The position numbers and the translations under genes were made by a program. A stretch of 64,000 nt of DNA, taken from positions 272,743 through 336,742 of the forward strand of contig CAVSJV010000002.1 of assembly GCA_963728405.1 (NCBI GenBank), in the 5' to 3' direction. Below are positions 60,082 to 64,000 of the stretch, piece by piece. Position 1 is the stretch's first letter, and every line of letters begins with the position of its first letter. This DNA is from Methanomassiliicoccaceae archaeon. GTDB taxonomy: Archaea > Thermoplasmatota > Thermoplasmata > Methanomassiliicoccales > Methanomassiliicoccaceae. Under the pieces are notes generated by a model. That model was not told the origin of the DNA. It saw nothing but the letters and a program-made list of their open reading frames with translations, and searched no databases.

Positions 60082-60441
60082 TCAGGATCGGACCATCGGT
60101 GCAATGCCCATGTCACTATAGAGGTAGGTCGAGAAGCCCTCTCCGCCCCGATCCACGGCCGAGCGGCGGAACTCCCGGAAGACGTTGTCAGGAATGACCA
60201 CAGCTACTGGATAGCCCTCATCGGCGGCATTGTTATAGTCCCTGACCGCCCCAGGCCTTCTCCAGCTTTCCTCGGACTCGAAGAACTCTAGTCCGATGAC
60301 CTTCTCGTTCTCGGTCAGAATGCTTAGTATGCCCCACTCCGTGCGGTCATCAGTATATATGGTATATCTCACGGCTAGATCGGGGTTCCTGGAGGCCACG
60401 TTCTCGGCCCGGATAGACAATGCTTTTCTTAGATCGAACAT
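60082..60441 (-). CDS. Hypothetical protein, probable paralogue of 31196..31633
   Basis: RA..V...PD..VRY.I...EFFESE...P....Y...G.PVAVVIP...Y.YSD. Confidence 0.65.
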   Translation of the reverse strand: MFDLRKALSIRAENVASRNPDLAVRYTIYTDDRTEWGILSILTENEKVIGLEFFESEESWRRPGAVRDYNNAADEGYPVAVVIPDNVFREFRRSAVDRGGEGFSTYLYSDMGIAPMVRS

Positions 60442-60493
60442 GCGTATCCCGCCATGACGTCCGTGCTCATTGTATAATTAGGTTGCTTGTCAA

Positions 60494-61747
60494 CTAGAAC
60501 GGTCGGACCTTCTGGCAATCCAATGGAAGATAGTTGATGAACGATTCCAGGGCGCGCCTCGTGACCGCTAGGGGCTCTTCATCGTCCTGGTATCCCATGC
60601 TCACCGACATGGTGCCGTTGAACGTGGAGATGACAAAACAGGTGGTGGGCATATAGCAACCGGGGTAGCAGATGTACGCATCCCTCAAGCCCGGCACCAT
60701 TGGCAGTTCCAGTCGACCGGGATTGGAGATGAAAATATCCGCCCATCCTTTGTCCTGGAGGTCAGCCATCTCCCGGACCATGCGCTGCATCGAGACGCCA
60801 GCGGGATCACATCCTCGGTCGAAGGCAACCTGCTCCCTGATACCCAACCGGCGGCTTTTTAGCCTGACGGTCTGGCAAATGATCTTGTCGAGCACCCCGC
60901 ACATGCCCTCTCCCCTGTCCCGGGTCAACGGGAAGCCAACGTTGACAGCCTGATTGCTCATGGACTTCGAGCCTTTGGGAAGATATCGCCGAAGGTCCAC
61001 TGGGAAGAACACATTCTGCGGGCCAAGGTGCCCAGTGAGGTCGCTCATCGATAGGAAATATGCGGCCATCAGCACATCGTTGATCGTGCCCCCATGGGCG
61101 TGAGCTAGGCTTCGTATGTTCTCGATACCTGTGGACGAGATCACGGCCCGGTGAAATGTCGATGGCGCTTTGGACGGCCCGCACGGGCTTGGCCACATGG
61201 GATCGATCATTTTCAGGCCTTCGGAGTGAATCTCATTCTCGCTATCCAGCAGGCCTTCCGTCCATTTGGTATCCCGCTCTGGGAGCGCACCGTTCGCCGA
61301 GGGGACCGATCGTGGTTCCACATATGCCTCGAGAAGTGCGCGGCACAGCACCTTGAGCCCATGGCCGTCGGCAGCGGCGTGGGCGAGATTGATGGCAACC
61401 GTATCCGATTCCAGCGATCTCAGTAGGCGGACCCTCACCTGCGGCGACCTCCTAGGGTCTACCGCGTCTATTAAGAAAGGGCGAACGTCCTTGCTGCCGA
61501 TGTCAAGAACCTCGACGCGGTCGTCGCCGTCAGCTCGACCCAAGGGCTCCCAGAATGCCGGCCCCCCGTCACGGACCAACCGGGACGATAGGATGGGAAA
61601 GGCGTCCAGGCATCTCGACAGGGCCCCCCTCAGCTTCTCGATATCTAGCTGCCGGTCGAACTCCAAGACGGAGATCATGGTGGCATCCCCCATCAGCCGG
61701 ACCGAGTCGGTGAAAAGGTCGAGGGACGAGGCAGGCTGGGATTGCAT
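60494..61747 (-). CDS. Stand-alone condensation/CoA-dependent acyltransferase domain protein
   Basis: FPILSSRL, HAAADG (HxxxDG), GTINDVLMAAY, PVDLRRYL, ISNPG. Confidence 0.8.
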   Translation of the reverse strand: MQSQPASSLDLFTDSVRLMGDATMISVLEFDRQLDIEKLRGALSRCLDAFPILSSRLVRDGGPAFWEPLGRADGDDRVEVLDIGSKDVRPFLIDAVDPRRSPQVRVRLLRSLESDTVAINLAHAAADGHGLKVLCRALLEAYVEPRSVPSANGALPERDTKWTEGLLDSENEIHSEGLKMIDPMWPSPCGPSKAPSTFHRAVISSTGIENIRSLAHAHGGTINDVLMAAYFLSMSDLTGHLGPQNVFFPVDLRRYLPKGSKSMSNQAVNVGFPLTRDRGEGMCGVLDKIICQTVRLKSRRLGIREQVAFDRGCDPAGVSMQRMVREMADLQDKGWADIFISNPGRLELPMVPGLRDAYICYPGCYMPTTCFVISTFNGTMSVSMGYQDDEEPLAVTRRALESFINYLPLDCQKVRPF

Positions 61748-62042
61748 CAACCAGCAAAGATGCGTGAACAAATAAAAGGACTTCGTTGGTAACGGGGGGT
61801 TGTGACCCATCTGCCGTTACCATCCATACGGGTCGTAACAGGCTAAAAGCATCCACCAGAGGAGCGATCCAGCTCTAGGCCGTCGATAATGGGCATGAGA
61901 TGAGCGTAAAAATGCCGTGCCCCCCCTCCCAACCGGTGGGCGAGAACATGTCGATATCTCCAAAACGATGTACCTAATAATGGCAATAATCGTAACTTTC
62001 AGTTAGTGACTATTTCCAACATAATAACGCTAGGTGGTAGAA

Positions 62043-62191
62043 ATGGCGGAAAAGAAAGTCAAGTTCGAGTTCGACGACAAGCTGAAGGAAGAGGCCAGGA
62101 AGGTGGGAGAGGAAGTAAAGGAACATGGAGGAGAGCTGAAAAAGGACATCACCGATATTGGTGGGGAAGTCAACAGAAGATCAATGGATGA
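62043..62191 (+). CDS. Small highly charged (LEA-like) protein, probable frameshift near 62172
   Basis: GGTGG SD; MAEKKVKFEFDDKLKEEARKVGEEVKEHGGELKKDITDIGGEV.(Q)KING. Confidence 0.5.
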
Positions 62192-62286
62192 ATGGCAAAT
62201 AACCAGGCGGTCCATCGGCTTATTGGTTGCCCCATTCCCTATTGTGTTAGGTGATCGGCGATCCGATCTCGAAATCACGATATCGA

Positions 62287-62702
62287 TCAAATGCACAAAG
62301 AAGTTAGGGCATCCTTAAGATTCTCGATGAAAGCGTCGATCTCCCCTATGGTCATTGGTTTGACCAGATATCTATTGGCTCCATTCCTTTCTGCTCTCTT
62401 GGTGTCCTCAGGCGACTTGGAACCGGTGTAGATGACAACGCAGGTTTTGGCGGTGCCCTCACGCTGTCGAATGAACTCAAGGACCTCATGTCCACTCCTC
62501 CTCGGCAGGTTGAGATCTAAAAGACGAGATCTGGCCTTTCCGTTTTCCCCTTAACGACGCGTTCGAAGAACTCGATAGCCTTCTCACCATTGTCAATCCA
62601 GTTGACCTCGACATCAAGGCCGGTTTGCTTGATGTATTCCGCAGCGAGATTAGCATCGGCCAGATTATCTTCGACGAAAAGAACTCGGAGAGATTTATTC
62701 AT
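62287..62702 (-). CDS. Single-domain response regulator, frameshift near 62520
   Basis: [37 protein letters not shown]. Confidence 0.85.
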
Positions 62703-64000
62703 CGTTCATCTCACTTACACGCTCTTTTGGTATGGTGAAGAGAAAGGTTGCTCCCTTTCCTTCTTCCGATTCGACCCTGATGCGGCCGCCATGCCGTTCG
62801 ACTATCCTCTTGACCAAGGCTAGCCCTATGCCGGTGCCCTGATATTTCTCTTTCGAGTGCAGGCGTTGGAACATTTGGAAGATCTTGTCTGAGTAGGCCG
62901 TGTTCAAACCGATGCCGTTATCCTTTACGGCAATAGTCCCATTCATTCTCCTCTTGGGAAGCGGAAATATGGATCTTCAGCGGCTCCGGTCCCTCGGAAC
63001 TTGATGGCATTGGCGATCAGATTCTGCATCAGCTGCACCATCTGTGACTCGTCGGCTATGATCGTGGGTAGGGGATCGGTAATCGATTTCCGCCTTAGCC
63101 TCCTCGATCGGTACTTTTAGGATCGCTAGAGTGTTCTTGACCACAGTATTCATGTCCACTGGGACAAAGGACCTGTTCACCATATCGGCCCTGGAGTATT
63201 CCAGCAGATCGTCGATCAGTTCCCTCATTCTTTCTCCACCTTCCAAGGCGAAGGTCATGTACTCTTTGGCAGTGGGATCTAACCGGTCCTGGTACCATCT
63301 TCCAAGCAAGGAAAGATGGCTTACCACCATCCGCAAAGGCTCTTGGAGGTCATGCGATGCCACGTAGGCGAATTGTCGAAGCTCGGCGTTAGAACGGGAG
63401 AGCTCCCGGTTCCTCCGCTCGAGTTCTCGTTCCAACTCCTTCCGATCGGAGATCCCGTCATCACTGCAACAGCACCTATGGTGGCCCCTTCCTTATCCCG
63501 GACCAATGATGTGCTTGACAGGATAGTGCCGAACGTCCCATCGCCCCTATGGATGACCACCTCTTCATTGGAGGTCACCTCACCTTTGAATAGCGCCTTA
63601 GCTATCTGCTCTTCCTCCACACCCAGAGGGCATCCATATGGATGGGGCGCTTTCCTGTTCAGATACTCCTTGATGTTCGACGAGGGCAGGAAGGGATGCC
63701 GGAAGATGCGTTCCAGTGTTCTATTGCCCATGATTAGTTGGCCGCTCGGCGCTTCGGCCACGATGATGCCCGACGGCATCTGATTGATCACCGCTTCGAG
63801 GCGAGCATTGGCCTCATCCGTTTCCCGCTTAGCTCTTAGTTCTTCGGTGATATCGATCAGAGCCGACCGGATGGAGATCTTACCATCCTCCTCCACCATT
63901 GTGCTGATGATCCTTACTTCTATCACCTTCTGATTTTTTAGAGTGATCTCGCTGCTCTGTTTTTCTCGGGTCTCCAATACCCTTCGGACATGAAAGTAAA
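62695..64000 (-). CDS. PAS sensor histidine kinase (partial, runs off the window), frameshifts near 63450, 63080 and 62945
   Basis: [58 protein letters not shown]. Confidence 0.88.

Noticed and set aside
211-63783. Numerous long antisense or alternate-frame ORFs in the track (e.g. 211..969, 15314..15985, 37382..38233, 51882..52586)
   Set aside because: They are shadows of well-supported genes in GC-rich DNA and have no independent motifs.
1-64000. About 20 frameshifts as programmed frameshifting or mass pseudogenisation
   Set aside because: They are single-base indels scattered through unrelated, otherwise intact genes (dppA, dppD, pdhC, FTR, Prx, kinases) with no shared slippery motif. This is typical of unpolished long-read consensus; read polishing would decide.
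1-64000. CRISPR arrays, full tRNAs, rRNA, transposases or integrases
   Set aside because: No regularly spaced direct repeats, complete cloverleafs or recombinase motifs were seen by eye.

Overview
Archaeal chromosomal segment, most consistent with a Methanomassiliicoccales-type (Thermoplasmata) methanogen. The assignment is inferred from a methanogenesis marker-2 homologue, archaeal 7S SRP RNA, DUF2769 proteins and AT-rich TATA-like promoters. Content: a peptide ABC transporter operon, M50 protease, three PAS/REC histidine kinases, a low-GC islet with a membrane-anchored PIN protein next to a tRNA-3'-like scar, class III RNR (nrdD), SRP RNA, a lipA-E1a-E1b-E2 2-oxoacid dehydrogenase operon with no E3 that converges on an FTR-thioredoxin-lipoate ligase operon, redox/stress genes, hisD, ABC-F and oligoendopeptidase F. 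About 20 single-base frameshifts break otherwise intact genes and are most likely long-read consensus errors. The most unusual items are: (1) a five-gene tandem array, plus a sixth copy 27 kb away, of proteins with two C-x2-C-x18-H-x4-H zinc fingers joined by a variable disordered linker that is repeat-expanded in one copy; (2) a shortened MCM-like protein with no recognisable ATPase motifs; (3) the E3-less dehydrogenase/FTR-Trx arrangement; (4) a candidate multi-branched ncRNA at about 6.7 kb. All family calls come from motif recognition by eye; no database search was run.
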